A stretch of 64,000 nucleotides of DNA from Gammaproteobacteria bacterium (GTDB taxonomy: Bacteria; Pseudomonadota; Gammaproteobacteria; JAADGQ01): the NCBI GenBank assembly GCA_015490755.1, contig WFXF01000077.1:3241-67240 (forward strand), in the 5' to 3' direction. A program made the position numbers and the translations under genes. The notes under the pieces are model-generated. The model saw only the letters and a list, made by a program, of their open reading frames with translations. It was not told the origin of the DNA and searched no databases. Below are positions 31,649-41,341 of the stretch, piece by piece. The first letter of the stretch is position 1. Each line of letters begins with the position of its first letter.

Positions 31649-33685
31649 TTATTTAGACGAATATACTAAACGTATAAACTGTTCTGTATCTTTTTTAACT
31701 GCTTTAGTGTCACCTCTCATAAAATCGACAATCCAGGCGCTATCTGATGTGGCTATGATACGTTGCCTTGTAAGAAATTCCCTGATAACGGCTTTTGCAC
31801 TGTCTTCGTTTTCTATCGTAAATTGAAGGCCTTCTTCAGTCGTTATTGTTGTATTGTTATTTACAGGGGTAGCATCAACCAGTTTGGTGACATAAAGATT
31901 TAAAGCTTCTTCTTTTATTGTTTCAATAAATTCATTTTCGGCAGGGCTGTTGTCTCTATATTGGGACTCTATGATGATTTCATCTTTAATCAGATTTCTG
32001 ATTTTTGTTTTATCCTGCTTTAAGGCGACAACTGTTTTGGCGAGCGCTTTATGTTCTTCTTCACTACCCTGGATTCTGACATCATATGCAATGACCTTCT
32101 TGGATATAGATGCACTTTGTGTCCAATAATTTAGTGGCGGCTCTCGGCGACCAACGACTGGGTATGGAAAATAATTACGATCAATTGCGGGGTGGCTAGT
32201 GCCATAATTGACTATGGAGAGTAGTTCATTGCGTGTTGGAAGCCGCCATTGATTGATGCCACATAAGGGCTGTGTCATTGCATTGATGGCTTCGATATAA
32301 GCATAAGTATCACAGCCGTTATAGTTGCACTCATCAAGGCTTTTTTTACCTTCATTGCCACTTCCTGCAGAAGGAGTGTACCAGGTGTATTCTGCTTTAT
32401 GGTATTGCAGGTCTGCATTGGCACTTTTATTTTCCCAGATCAGTCCTGTGACACTATCTTTTACGCAGTACCATTGTGGTGCTGTTGATGATAACGAGTT
32501 GCCTTCCATATCCAGTTTGGTGAAATTGAAACCGGCATGGCCATCACTATCATCATTTTGCGTTGCATCACGGCCATAGAGTGAGTCTTGCGCCGGAAAT
32601 AGTTCCAGAGTGCTTTCAAGTGTTTCTGCTTCACACGTTGTATCATTCTCTTCGATTTGTTGCTCTGTGCATATCTTGGCAGGGTCAAGCGTATCAAAAT
32701 ATTGAACAATATCTTTGGTTTTGTTGGATGCGATTGTTGTGATGCCAGTATCATTGAGTGTTTTAGAGTCATCATCGGTGATAATGATGCCGGTGGCAGT
32801 TAATTGTTTGGATTTGGCAGCTATGTCGCTGTCTGAAATATTACTTAAGCTTAAAGTGAAGGTTTCGTTGACTTCGGATTTAGTGTCGCCATGAATTGGA
32901 ACGGAGATTACTTTTTCCAATTCTCCCGGATAAAATGAAATTTCACCGGAAACGGGAGAGTAATCATTGTCGGCAGTTGTTGCTGTTCCATCGGTTGTTT
33001 GGTAATTAGCCGTGACACGGCTTTCGAATTTGTCATTAAGTGAGGCGGTAAATTGCAGCATCTTTGTACCGTTGTTCCCTTCAGTGATTATTTCATTGCG
33101 GGTTTTGATCGCATAGCCATCATCATTGATGATGGTCGCGCGAGCTCTCATCTGGCTGCCTGCTTGCCCCTTGCTGGATGCTGCGATGGTTAACTGTACG
33201 TCAAAATATTCGTTGGCTTCGGCTTCATCGTCGCCATAAATAATAATTTTTAGTGGTTTGCTGGTTTTTCCTTCTTGAAAGACTGTGTTACCCGTTTGCG
33301 GGTCAACAACATCTCTACCTGGAAAGAAAAAAATCTGCCCTTTACGAGGTTGGTAGTCACCTTCTCCGGCTGTTGCTGTGCCATCAATGGTACTGTAATC
33401 AACGACTAAAGACTCTGTTCTTCTGCGAACGGGAAAGTCAATTGTTACAGTAAATTCTGCAATAAATTTGGTGGGTTCATCAGGTTCGGAGCCATCTTCA
33501 TTCAGTTCGATATTGCCTTCGGTAACAGTGATGTCAGTGATATTTACTGTAGGAGGAATCAGGTTTTCTGCGTTAGGATCGTAATCAATATCAATCTCTT
33601 CAATGCATGAAGTTAGTGAAAGAGCGATTATGATAATGCCCATAATTAATGGGATTTTCTTAAATAGAGGAAGTACAGCAGACAT
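31649..33685 (-). CDS. Lipoprotein with two Calx-beta domains and a DUF1566 domain
   Basis: Lipobox LTSC; VDYSTIDGTA / Y.TTDGTA...GD..E.NE.F; LNDTG..QD..YGRD; CVKDSVTGLIWE; WRLPTRNEL. Confidence 0.85.
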   Translation of the reverse strand: MSAVLPLFKKIPLIMGIIIIALSLTSCIEEIDIDYDPNAENLIPPTVNITDITVTEGNIELNEDGSEPDEPTKFIAEFTVTIDFPVRRRTESLVVDYSTIDGTATAGEGDYQPRKGQIFFFPGRDVVDPQTGNTVFQEGKTSKPLKIIIYGDDEAEANEYFDVQLTIAASSKGQAGSQMRARATIINDDGYAIKTRNEIITEGNNGTKMLQFTASLNDKFESRVTANYQTTDGTATTADNDYSPVSGEISFYPGELEKVISVPIHGDTKSEVNETFTLSLSNISDSDIAAKSKQLTATGIIITDDDSKTLNDTGITTIASNKTKDIVQYFDTLDPAKICTEQQIEENDTTCEAETLESTLELFPAQDSLYGRDATQNDDSDGHAGFNFTKLDMEGNSLSSTAPQWYCVKDSVTGLIWENKSANADLQYHKAEYTWYTPSAGSGNEGKKSLDECNYNGCDTYAYIEAINAMTQPLCGINQWRLPTRNELLSIVNYGTSHPAIDRNYFPYPVVGRREPPLNYWTQSASISKKVIAYDVRIQGSEEEHKALAKTVVALKQDKTKIRNLIKDEIIIESQYRDNSPAENEFIETIKEEALNLYVTKLVDATPVNNNTTITTEEGLQFTIENEDSAKAVIREFLTRQRIIATSDSAWIVDFMRGDTKAVKKDTEQFIRLVYSSK

Positions 33686-33784
33686 CGGTAAAGTTATTTG
33701 TGAATTGAAATGAGTACGACAGTATATTTCACGCGAGGTTCCGGTAAAATAGTGGAAACTGGAAAACTGTGGAAATAGGAACCG

Positions 33785-34516
33785 ATGACTAAACAGAGCT
33801 TTTTATCTGATAAACCGATCGAAACGAAAGATCGTTTGATTTTTGCACTTGATTTTGAAAGTACCGGCGCAGCGAAGGCCATGGTCGAAACGCTCGATGA
33901 CGCGGTCACTTTTTATAAAGTAGGTATGGAGTTGTTTATGGCAGGCGGCTACTTTGAGCTGATTGAGTGGTTGATTGCCAAGGATAAAAAAGTGTTTGTT
34001 GATCTGAAGTTTTTCGATGTACCACAGACTGTGGCTTCAGCAATAAAGCGTCTAAGTGATAAAGGCGCAACATTTGCGACGATTCATGGTAATGATGCGA
34101 TGATGAAAGCAGCAGCGGCCACCAAAGGTGACTTGAAGGTTTTGGCGGTAACGGCCTTAACGAGCCTTGATCGTGGTGATCTGGATGATCTGGGGTTTAA
34201 GTGTGATGTTGAACCGTTGGTGTTGTCACGTGCAAAACGAGCATTGGAATCGGGCTGTGATGGTGTAGTCTCTTCTGGATTAGAAGCGAAAGGTCTGCGT
34301 GAATCACTGGGTTCAAAATTATTGGTTATTACACCGGGGATTCGCCCTGTAGATAACGATGATGATCAAAAACGAGTTGTTAATGTAGAAACAGCTTTTC
34401 GAAATGGTGCCGACTATATTGTAGTGGGGCGACCGATTAAATTAGCGGATGACCCCTACAAAATGGCATGTGATATCCAGGATAAAATAGAGAAGGTCTT
34501 TAACAAGTCTTTATAG
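33785..34516 (+). CDS. pyrF: Orotidine-5'-phosphate decarboxylase
   Basis: LIFALD, DLKFFDVP.TV, TPGIRP, VVGRPI. Confidence 0.96.
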   Translation: MTKQSFLSDKPIETKDRLIFALDFESTGAAKAMVETLDDAVTFYKVGMELFMAGGYFELIEWLIAKDKKVFVDLKFFDVPQTVASAIKRLSDKGATFATIHGNDAMMKAAAATKGDLKVLAVTALTSLDRGDLDDLGFKCDVEPLVLSRAKRALESGCDGVVSSGLEAKGLRESLGSKLLVITPGIRPVDNDDDQKRVVNVETAFRNGADYIVVGRPIKLADDPYKMACDIQDKIEKVFNKSL

Positions 34517-34543
34517 AATCTATGTGACTCAAGGAGCCGGGCG

Positions 34544-35962
34544 GTGATAAAAAAGATACTCATTGCAAATCGTGGAGAGATTGCCGTACGAATTGTACGA
34601 GCCTGTGCTGAGATGGGTATAAAATCAGTTGCGGTATATACCGATGCAGACCGCTATGCACTGCATGTCAAAAAAGCCGATGAAGCTTACAACCTGGGGC
34701 CTGAAACGGTTACGGGTTATTTAAGTGTACATCGACTGATAAATCTGGCGGCAGCCACAGGGTGTGATGCCATTCATCCGGGGTATGGGTTTCTTTCGGA
34801 AAATCCTGACTTGGCGGCGGGTTGTGAAAAACGTGGAATTCAATTTATTGGCCCGAGTGCAGCGGTTATACGTCGTATGGGGGATAAAATTGAGGCACGT
34901 AAAGCGATGATAGGTGCCAATATTCCTGTGACACCGGGTAGTGATGCCAATCTGGGAAGTCTGGATGAGGCTCTGCTTTGTGCCGAGCGAGTGGGTTATC
35001 CCATTATGCTTAAAGCGACTTCAGGTGGAGGAGGGCGTGGTATTCGTCGCTGCGAAGATGCTGATGATCTAAAAATCAGTTATGAACGTGTCATTTCAGA
35101 GGCCACCAAGGCGTTTGGCAGTGCTGAAGTTTTTCTTGAAAAATGCATTGAAAATCCCAAGCATATCGAAATGCAAATTTTGGCAGATCGTTATGGTCAT
35201 GTCATTCACCTCTTTGAGCGCGACTGCTCGATACAACGCCGCCACCAAAAACTTATTGAAATTGCACCGTCGCCACAATTAAATGATGAGCAACGAGAAC
35301 ATATTGCTGATCTGGCTGTGCGTGCAGCAGAAGTAGTGGGCTACGAAAATGCTGGAACGGTGGAATTTTTACTCGATGATGAAGAGAATTTCTACTTCAT
35401 GGAGATGAATACCCGCCTGCAAGTTGAGCATACGATCAGTGAAGAGATTTCGGGTGTTGATATTGTTCAAGAGCAGATCAAAATCGCATCGGGTTTGCCG
35501 CTCTCTTATCAACAGGAAAATATCCAGCGTCATGGTTTTGCCATGGAATTTCGCATTAATGCTGAAGATCCCCAAAATGATTTTTTACCCGGTTTTGGAC
35601 GTATTACACGCTACTTTTCACCGGGCGGCCCTGGCGTTCGAACCGACAGTGCTATTTATAGTGGTTATGAAATTCTTCCTTATTATGATTCGTTGTGTGT
35701 CAAATTAACGGTATGGGCTATGACGTGGGATGAGTTGCTGGCCCGTGCAGCGAGGGCGCTGCATGATATGGGAGTATATGGTATCAAAACAACCATTCCA
35801 TACTATTTGGAAATTTTGAAACACCCGGATTTTCGCAAAGGTGCTTTTGATACCGGTTTTGTAGAAGTAAATACAGAGTTAGTTAACTATTCAGAACGTC
35901 GTCCACCCAGCGAATTGGCGGCAGTGATTTCTGCTGCAATTGCAGTTCACAAAGGATTATAA
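34544..35962 (+). CDS. pycA: Biotin carboxylase subunit of a two-subunit pyruvate carboxylase
   Basis: ILIANRGEIA, HPGYGFLSEN, ERDCSIQRR, EMNTRLQVEH; followed by the carboxyltransferase subunit. Confidence 0.85.
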   Translation: MIKKILIANRGEIAVRIVRACAEMGIKSVAVYTDADRYALHVKKADEAYNLGPETVTGYLSVHRLINLAAATGCDAIHPGYGFLSENPDLAAGCEKRGIQFIGPSAAVIRRMGDKIEARKAMIGANIPVTPGSDANLGSLDEALLCAERVGYPIMLKATSGGGGRGIRRCEDADDLKISYERVISEATKAFGSAEVFLEKCIENPKHIEMQILADRYGHVIHLFERDCSIQRRHQKLIEIAPSPQLNDEQREHIADLAVRAAEVVGYENAGTVEFLLDDEENFYFMEMNTRLQVEHTISEEISGVDIVQEQIKIASGLPLSYQQENIQRHGFAMEFRINAEDPQNDFLPGFGRITRYFSPGGPGVRTDSAIYSGYEILPYYDSLCVKLTVWAMTWDELLARAARALHDMGVYGIKTTIPYYLEILKHPDFRKGAFDTGFVEVNTELVNYSERRPPSELAAVISAAIAVHKGL

Positions 35963-35977
35963 AAACAGGAAGCGACT

Positions 35978-37792
35978 ATGGCACAAGTTCAGATTACCGA
36001 TACGACACTGCGTGATGCTCATCAATCGCTATTGGCTACCCGCTTTCGCCTTAAAGATATGCTTCCTGTTTGTGAAAAAATGGATCAGGTCGGGTTTTGG
36101 TCACTGGAAGTCTGGGGAGGAGCAAACTTTGACTCTTGTATTCGGTTTCTTAAAGAAGACCCTTGGGAACGATTATGTCAATTCAGAAGAGCATTACCGA
36201 ATACTCGTCTGCAGATGTTACTGCGAGGGCAAAATTTATTAGGCTATCGTCACTACTCTGATGATGTTGTCCGCGCTTTTGTTCAAAAGTCAGCAGATCA
36301 CGGCATGGATGTTTTTCGTGTATTTGATGCGTTAAATGATTTGCGCAACGTGCGTGTTTCGATTGAATCAGTTAAAGCTGCGGGCAAACATGCACAAGGT
36401 ACAATCTGTTATACAACCAGCCCGGTACATAATGTATCAGTGTTTGTTGCAATGGCTTGTGAATTAGAGGCAATGGGCTGCGACAGTATTGCAATTAAGG
36501 ATATGGCGGGTTTGCTGACTCCAGGTGTGACGGCAGAGCTTGTTTCGGCATTGACCCATGCGGTGAATATTCCACTGCACCTGCATAGTCATGCGACTTC
36601 AGGATTGGCTGAAATGTGTCAGCTTAAAGCGGTTGAGAATGGTTGTTTCCATATTGATACAGCAACTTCTACCCTTTCCGGAGGAACCAGTCACCCTGCT
36701 ACTGAAAGTATGGTCGCAGCATTTAAAGATAGTGAATATGATACGGGGTTGAACCTTGAGCTGTTACAAGAGATTGGTGCCTACTTTTATGGTGTTCGAA
36801 AAAAATACCACCATTTCGAAAGTGAATTCACCGGCCTTGATACCCGTGTTCAAGTTAATCAGATTCCAGGCGGCATGATCTCCAATCTAGCTCATCAGCT
36901 ACGAGATCAAAATGCATTGGGGCGTATGAATGAAGTTATGGCAGAGGTGCCTAGAGTTCGAGAGGAGTTGGGCTATCCACCCTTGGTTACACCTTTATCA
37001 CAAGTTGTGGGTACACAGGCGGTATTAAATGTACTGACTGAAGAACGTTATAAAAGCGTGACCAACGAAGTAAAAAACTATCTGCTGGGGTATTACGGGA
37101 AATCTCCCACGGATACAAATGATGTGGTACGGCAACAAGTATGTGGCGATGAAAAAGTAATTACCTGTCGCCCGGCTGATCTGCTTGATGATGAAATGCC
37201 CAGGTTACGTAAAGAAATTGGTCATCTGGCAGAGTCAGAAGAAGATGTATTGAGTTATGCAATGTTCCCTGATATTGGACGCGAATTTCTCGAACAGCGT
37301 GCTGCCGGAATATTGGTTCCGGAGCCATTGGAGCCAGTAGATTCCGGAAAGAGTGTTTGCGGTGCACCTCCGGTTGAATTTAATGTAGCGTTACATGGTG
37401 AGAAATATCATATAAAAGTTGTGGGAAAAGGCCTTGCAAGTCAAAATGGTCGAGCTTTTTATGTTTTGGTTGATGGTATTTCAGAAGAAATTATTGTTGA
37501 AACACTGGATGAATTAGGAGCCATTGAGGTCTCAGAATCGACCGGTACAAATGGCAGCACCCGGCCACATGCTGATGCGCCAGGAGATGTGAGTACATCA
37601 ATGCCAGGGGTGGTCGTTGAGGTTCTTGTTAGTGCAGGTGATGTTGTGAAAGAGGGGGATTCGTTGATCGTGGTGGAAGCGATGAAGATGGAGACTGAAA
37701 TTCAAGCACCTATTAATGGTAAAGTAATGGCAGTTCATGTCAAAAAGGGTGATCATGTTAACCCTGATGAAATGTTGATTCAGATTGGTTAG
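35978..37792 (+). CDS. pycB: Pyruvate carboxylase subunit B / oxaloacetate decarboxylase alpha-like
   Basis: LRDAHQSL.ATR, EDPWERL, IKDMAG, HLHSH, biotin site EAMKME. Confidence 0.85.
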   Translation: MAQVQITDTTLRDAHQSLLATRFRLKDMLPVCEKMDQVGFWSLEVWGGANFDSCIRFLKEDPWERLCQFRRALPNTRLQMLLRGQNLLGYRHYSDDVVRAFVQKSADHGMDVFRVFDALNDLRNVRVSIESVKAAGKHAQGTICYTTSPVHNVSVFVAMACELEAMGCDSIAIKDMAGLLTPGVTAELVSALTHAVNIPLHLHSHATSGLAEMCQLKAVENGCFHIDTATSTLSGGTSHPATESMVAAFKDSEYDTGLNLELLQEIGAYFYGVRKKYHHFESEFTGLDTRVQVNQIPGGMISNLAHQLRDQNALGRMNEVMAEVPRVREELGYPPLVTPLSQVVGTQAVLNVLTEERYKSVTNEVKNYLLGYYGKSPTDTNDVVRQQVCGDEKVITCRPADLLDDEMPRLRKEIGHLAESEEDVLSYAMFPDIGREFLEQRAAGILVPEPLEPVDSGKSVCGAPPVEFNVALHGEKYHIKVVGKGLASQNGRAFYVLVDGISEEIIVETLDELGAIEVSESTGTNGSTRPHADAPGDVSTSMPGVVVEVLVSAGDVVKEGDSLIVVEAMKMETEIQAPINGKVMAVHVKKGDHVNPDEMLIQIG

Positions 37793-37812
37793 AGTTTTAA
37801 TAGAGGTACCCA

Positions 37813-38403
37813 TTGGCAGTTTTAAAACAGCAAATCGTTTTAGCATCAAGCTCAATTTATCGAAGAGATCTGCTTCGTAAACTGGAGATTAAATTCAGTC
37901 GCTATTCACCTGATATTGATGAAACTCCTTTGCTTGATGAGTTACCAGAGGCGATGGTACTTCGTTTGGCAGAAAAAAAAGCTCAGGCAGTTGCTGAAAA
38001 ATACTCTAATGCCTTGGTGATCGCTTCTGATCAGGCGGCAGTCGTGGATGGTCAGATTTTAGGTAAACCTGGAAATTATGAAAAGGCATTGGAGCAGTTG
38101 CTTTTAGTGTCAGGCAAGTCTGTTGTTTTTCATACATCTCTGTGTCTATTTAATAGTGCAACGGGGCATATTCAGTCTGTTGTTGAGCCTTTTACGGTAC
38201 ATTTTCGCTCATTGACGACCGATCAAATCGGTAATTATCTGCGGCGAGATAAACCCTATAACTGTGCAGGCGCATTCAAGTCTGAAGGGTTTGGTGTTGT
38301 GTTATTTGAGAAAATGGAAGGGGATGATCCTAATGCTCTTATTGGGTTACCATTGATTCGTTTGCGGCAAATGTTGGAACGTGAGGGTATTTATCTTGTT
38401 TGA
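37813..38403 (+). CDS. Maf-family nucleotide pyrophosphatase (YceF-like)
   Basis: VLASSS.YRR.LL, DIDE, ASDQ, GKPG, CAGAFKSEG, GLPL. Confidence 0.92.
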   Translation: MAVLKQQIVLASSSIYRRDLLRKLEIKFSRYSPDIDETPLLDELPEAMVLRLAEKKAQAVAEKYSNALVIASDQAAVVDGQILGKPGNYEKALEQLLLVSGKSVVFHTSLCLFNSATGHIQSVVEPFTVHFRSLTTDQIGNYLRRDKPYNCAGAFKSEGFGVVLFEKMEGDDPNALIGLPLIRLRQMLEREGIYLV

Positions 38404-38416
38404 TGTTATAAAGTTT

Positions 38417-39097
38417 ATGACCCTAATACTTCGATTCAAAATTTTTCTGACACTTATTGTAGTGCTATTTAGCTCGAACGCTTTGTCAGCTTCGTCTGAA
38501 TCGCCTCGTTGGTTTGATATTGAATTGATTGTTTTTGAAAACAGTGATCAGCACTGGATGGCTTCAGAGCAATGGCCTGATGATTTGGAAGCTCCACCTT
38601 TTGATAATGCACTGGATCTGGAGCAGCAAACATTGCTGGTAACAAAGAGGTTGGATGGGGTTGCAGGGCGCATTTCACGCTCTTCAAAATATAAACTGCT
38701 ATTGCATACAGGGTGGAGGCAGTCAGTATTATCACGGGATAAAGCCGTGGGGGTCAGGCTGACAGCAACGGATGGAGACAATAAACTGGATGGAGTAGTA
38801 AAAATAAGTGTAGAGCGTTATCTTCATGTTAATTTTAATCTGCTCTATCAAAAATCAGAGGGGTCGGATCTGATTGACTCTCCTGTGAATATGAAGGCTT
38901 ACAGCATCAAGGGAAAAAGGCGAATTCGCAGTAAAGAGTTGCACTACTTTGACCACCCGTTGGTCTCTATGCTGGTACTGGTGACACCTTATAAAGAGAA
39001 AGCTGAAAAAGTATCACAGGAAAAAACAGATTTGCCAACAAAAGTATTAACAAAGCCCGATGCACTTTCCGATAATAGTGGCCAAATTATTCGCTAG
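38417..39097 (+). CDS. CsiV-family periplasmic peptidoglycan-binding protein
   Basis: WFDIELIVF, LLHTGWRQ, RYLH, ELHYFDHP. Confidence 0.8.
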   Translation: MTLILRFKIFLTLIVVLFSSNALSASSESPRWFDIELIVFENSDQHWMASEQWPDDLEAPPFDNALDLEQQTLLVTKRLDGVAGRISRSSKYKLLLHTGWRQSVLSRDKAVGVRLTATDGDNKLDGVVKISVERYLHVNFNLLYQKSEGSDLIDSPVNMKAYSIKGKRRIRSKELHYFDHPLVSMLVLVTPYKEKAEKVSQEKTDLPTKVLTKPDALSDNSGQIIR

Positions 39098-39261
39098 AAG
39101 GCTGTCGGACTTAGGGAATCGTAGCGAGGCGAGTGGGAAATCAAGGGCAGTTTTTCGGTGTTTTGAGGCGAATAGTGGATCTATTTGACGAAAAAAACCG
39201 GAAAAATGGGGTGATTTCCCACCGCCATAGTAGATTCACCCTAAGTTCGACAGCCTCCTAG
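39094..39261. mobile_element. CTAG-flanked MITE-like hairpin element, copy 2
   Basis: Imperfect terminal inverted repeat AAGGCTGTCGGACTTAGGG/CCCTAAGTTCGACAGCCTC with CTAG on both sides; the left CTAG contains the upstream gene's stop codon. Confidence 0.75.
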
Positions 39262-39405
39262 GATCACTGATTTAATCTCTGTTATTATTCGTCAAATCTG
39301 ATGGCTCAATTTATAAGGAGATAAGTTGAGTTAGTCAGGTTTTTTACTTTCTATACTTAAATAAAGTAAAAAATAATTATTAAACTATCAAAAGGATTTG
39401 AAAAC

Positions 39406-41301
39406 ATGACATCTCATTCAGTTGCTGTCCCTGGTCAGGGGAGAAGCATGGCCGACCTTATTGTTGATTACTTACATCAGATTGGTGTGGAGTATGTTTT
39501 TGGTGTGCCCGGTAATGCAATGGAGCCACTTTATGATGCACTTGCTCGCAGTGAGCGAACGGGTGGACCTAGAGCTGTTGTCGCACGCCATGAAACAGGT
39601 GCTGCATTTATGGCTGAGGGCTACACAAGAGAGACTGGCAAGCTGGGTGTGTGTTGTACAACATCAGGTCCAGGAGCGACTAATATTATTACAGGTGTTG
39701 CCTCAGCTTATGAAGAACGTACGCCGATGCTTGTTATTACAGGGCAAACACCACTACCAAAACTTGGTTTAGGAGCCTTTCAAGATTCATCTTGCAGTGG
39801 GATCGATATTGTTCAGATGTTTCAGCAATGTACTCGATACAGTACATCAGTGTCGCACAGTGATCAGTTAGAAGGTAAGTTTATACACGCAATTACAACT
39901 GCATATGGACCTGTTCCAGGGCCAGTGCATTTAGGTATTTCAAGGGATATAGGTTGGGCATCTGTTCAAAATAATAAACCACTATATGATTTGAAATCCC
40001 TGATTGAAACAAGTACGTCGTATTGTACAAATACTGCGGGCATTGAAAATGTTTTCAATGAAATTGTGCACTCAAAAAATAGTACTATTTTAATAGGTAA
40101 ACGCAGCTCAATAGCCATTGATGTTATTTTTGAATTTGCTAGCTTGACTAATATGACTGTGATTTCGACATCTCAAGGGCGAGGTGTCATAAAAAGTTAT
40201 CACCCTAAATTTCGAGGAGTAATTGGTAGGGGAGGGCATGCGAGCGCTAAAAGAGTACTGGAAGATAGCTCTATTGATTGCATTATCGCCGTAGGAACAG
40301 ATTTTAATGAACTTGATACTTGTGGATGGTTTGCCAATATTTTATCTGACAAAGTGATACATATTGATTCAACGACGGAGTATTTCGCTCGTTCATTTAT
40401 GGCGCGTTTACACGTTTGCGGCGATCTTTTGGAGATTTTTGAAGGGTTGATACAGAGTGTAAAATCAGACAACAGATTTATGAGAATTGAAAGTGAGTTT
40501 AATAAACCACTCAATGTTGTAAGTTTTGATCGGCGGCAAGGTAAGGGCAGACGTGTAAATATAAAAAGTGAAAAAAATTCTCAATTGAGTTTTCTGCATA
40601 GAGTAAATGAAAGACGTAATGGTAAGGATCGACGTTGTTTGAAAAGTGGAGAGCAATGGGCGGTAAAGCGTTATTTCAGCGTTGAAGATGAAAATGGGTA
40701 TTTGAATAATAATAATTCACCACTGATAAAACCTCAGCACTTAATGTATGAGTTATCTCGCTTATTTCCCGTTCATACGCGCTTTCTAGCAGATGCAGGG
40801 AATAGTTATGAGTGGGCAGTTCACTATTTACACCCATACTCTCCATTTACTACGAAAAATAGAAATTTTGGTAATGAAACCCTTATAACAGGTTTTGCTT
40901 TTGCTTCTATGGGGTGGGCTATTGGAGCAGCAGTGGGCACAGCGATGGGAAACTCTGAGAACCCTGTGGTTTGTATTGTTGGCGATGGTAGCTTTTTAAT
41001 GAGTGGCCAGGAAATTTCTGTTGCGGTTGACGAAAAATTAAGTGTGATTTTTGTTCTACTCAATGATAGCGCGCTTGGGATGATCAAGCATGGGCAAAAA
41101 CTTTCTGGTCTTGAAGAGACAAGCTGTAAATTGCCTTCAGTAAATTATTGTCAAATTGCTAAAGCAATAGGCGCTCAAGCTTTTGAAGTTTATTCTGCGG
41201 GTGATATGGCTGCTTTAGATATTCAGGCAATATGCCGTTATCCTGGCCCGACATTGATTGATGTTCATATTGACCGGAATGAGTTGCCACCTATAATATA
41301 A
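39406..41301 (+). CDS. Thiamine diphosphate-dependent enzyme (acetolactate synthase-like)
   Basis: VFGVPG, ARHETGAAFMAEGY, TSGPGATN, GDGSF...LND ThDP motif. Confidence 0.88.
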   Translation: MTSHSVAVPGQGRSMADLIVDYLHQIGVEYVFGVPGNAMEPLYDALARSERTGGPRAVVARHETGAAFMAEGYTRETGKLGVCCTTSGPGATNIITGVASAYEERTPMLVITGQTPLPKLGLGAFQDSSCSGIDIVQMFQQCTRYSTSVSHSDQLEGKFIHAITTAYGPVPGPVHLGISRDIGWASVQNNKPLYDLKSLIETSTSYCTNTAGIENVFNEIVHSKNSTILIGKRSSIAIDVIFEFASLTNMTVISTSQGRGVIKSYHPKFRGVIGRGGHASAKRVLEDSSIDCIIAVGTDFNELDTCGWFANILSDKVIHIDSTTEYFARSFMARLHVCGDLLEIFEGLIQSVKSDNRFMRIESEFNKPLNVVSFDRRQGKGRRVNIKSEKNSQLSFLHRVNERRNGKDRRCLKSGEQWAVKRYFSVEDENGYLNNNNSPLIKPQHLMYELSRLFPVHTRFLADAGNSYEWAVHYLHPYSPFTTKNRNFGNETLITGFAFASMGWAIGAAVGTAMGNSENPVVCIVGDGSFLMSGQEISVAVDEKLSVIFVLLNDSALGMIKHGQKLSGLEETSCKLPSVNYCQIAKAIGAQAFEVYSAGDMAALDIQAICRYPGPTLIDVHIDRNELPPII

Positions 41302-41312
41302 ATGCAGTATAG

Positions 41313-41341
41313 AAAGCTTTCCAGCATTGCTGGAAAGCTTT
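41313..41341. terminator. Bidirectional terminator hairpin
   Basis: AAAGCTTTCCAGC-ATT-GCTGGAAAGCTTT between convergent genes. Confidence 0.75.

Noticed and set aside
31087-33685. Possible diversity-generating retroelement targeting the DUF1566 genes
   Set aside because: No reverse transcriptase and no template repeat of either 3' end seen in the window
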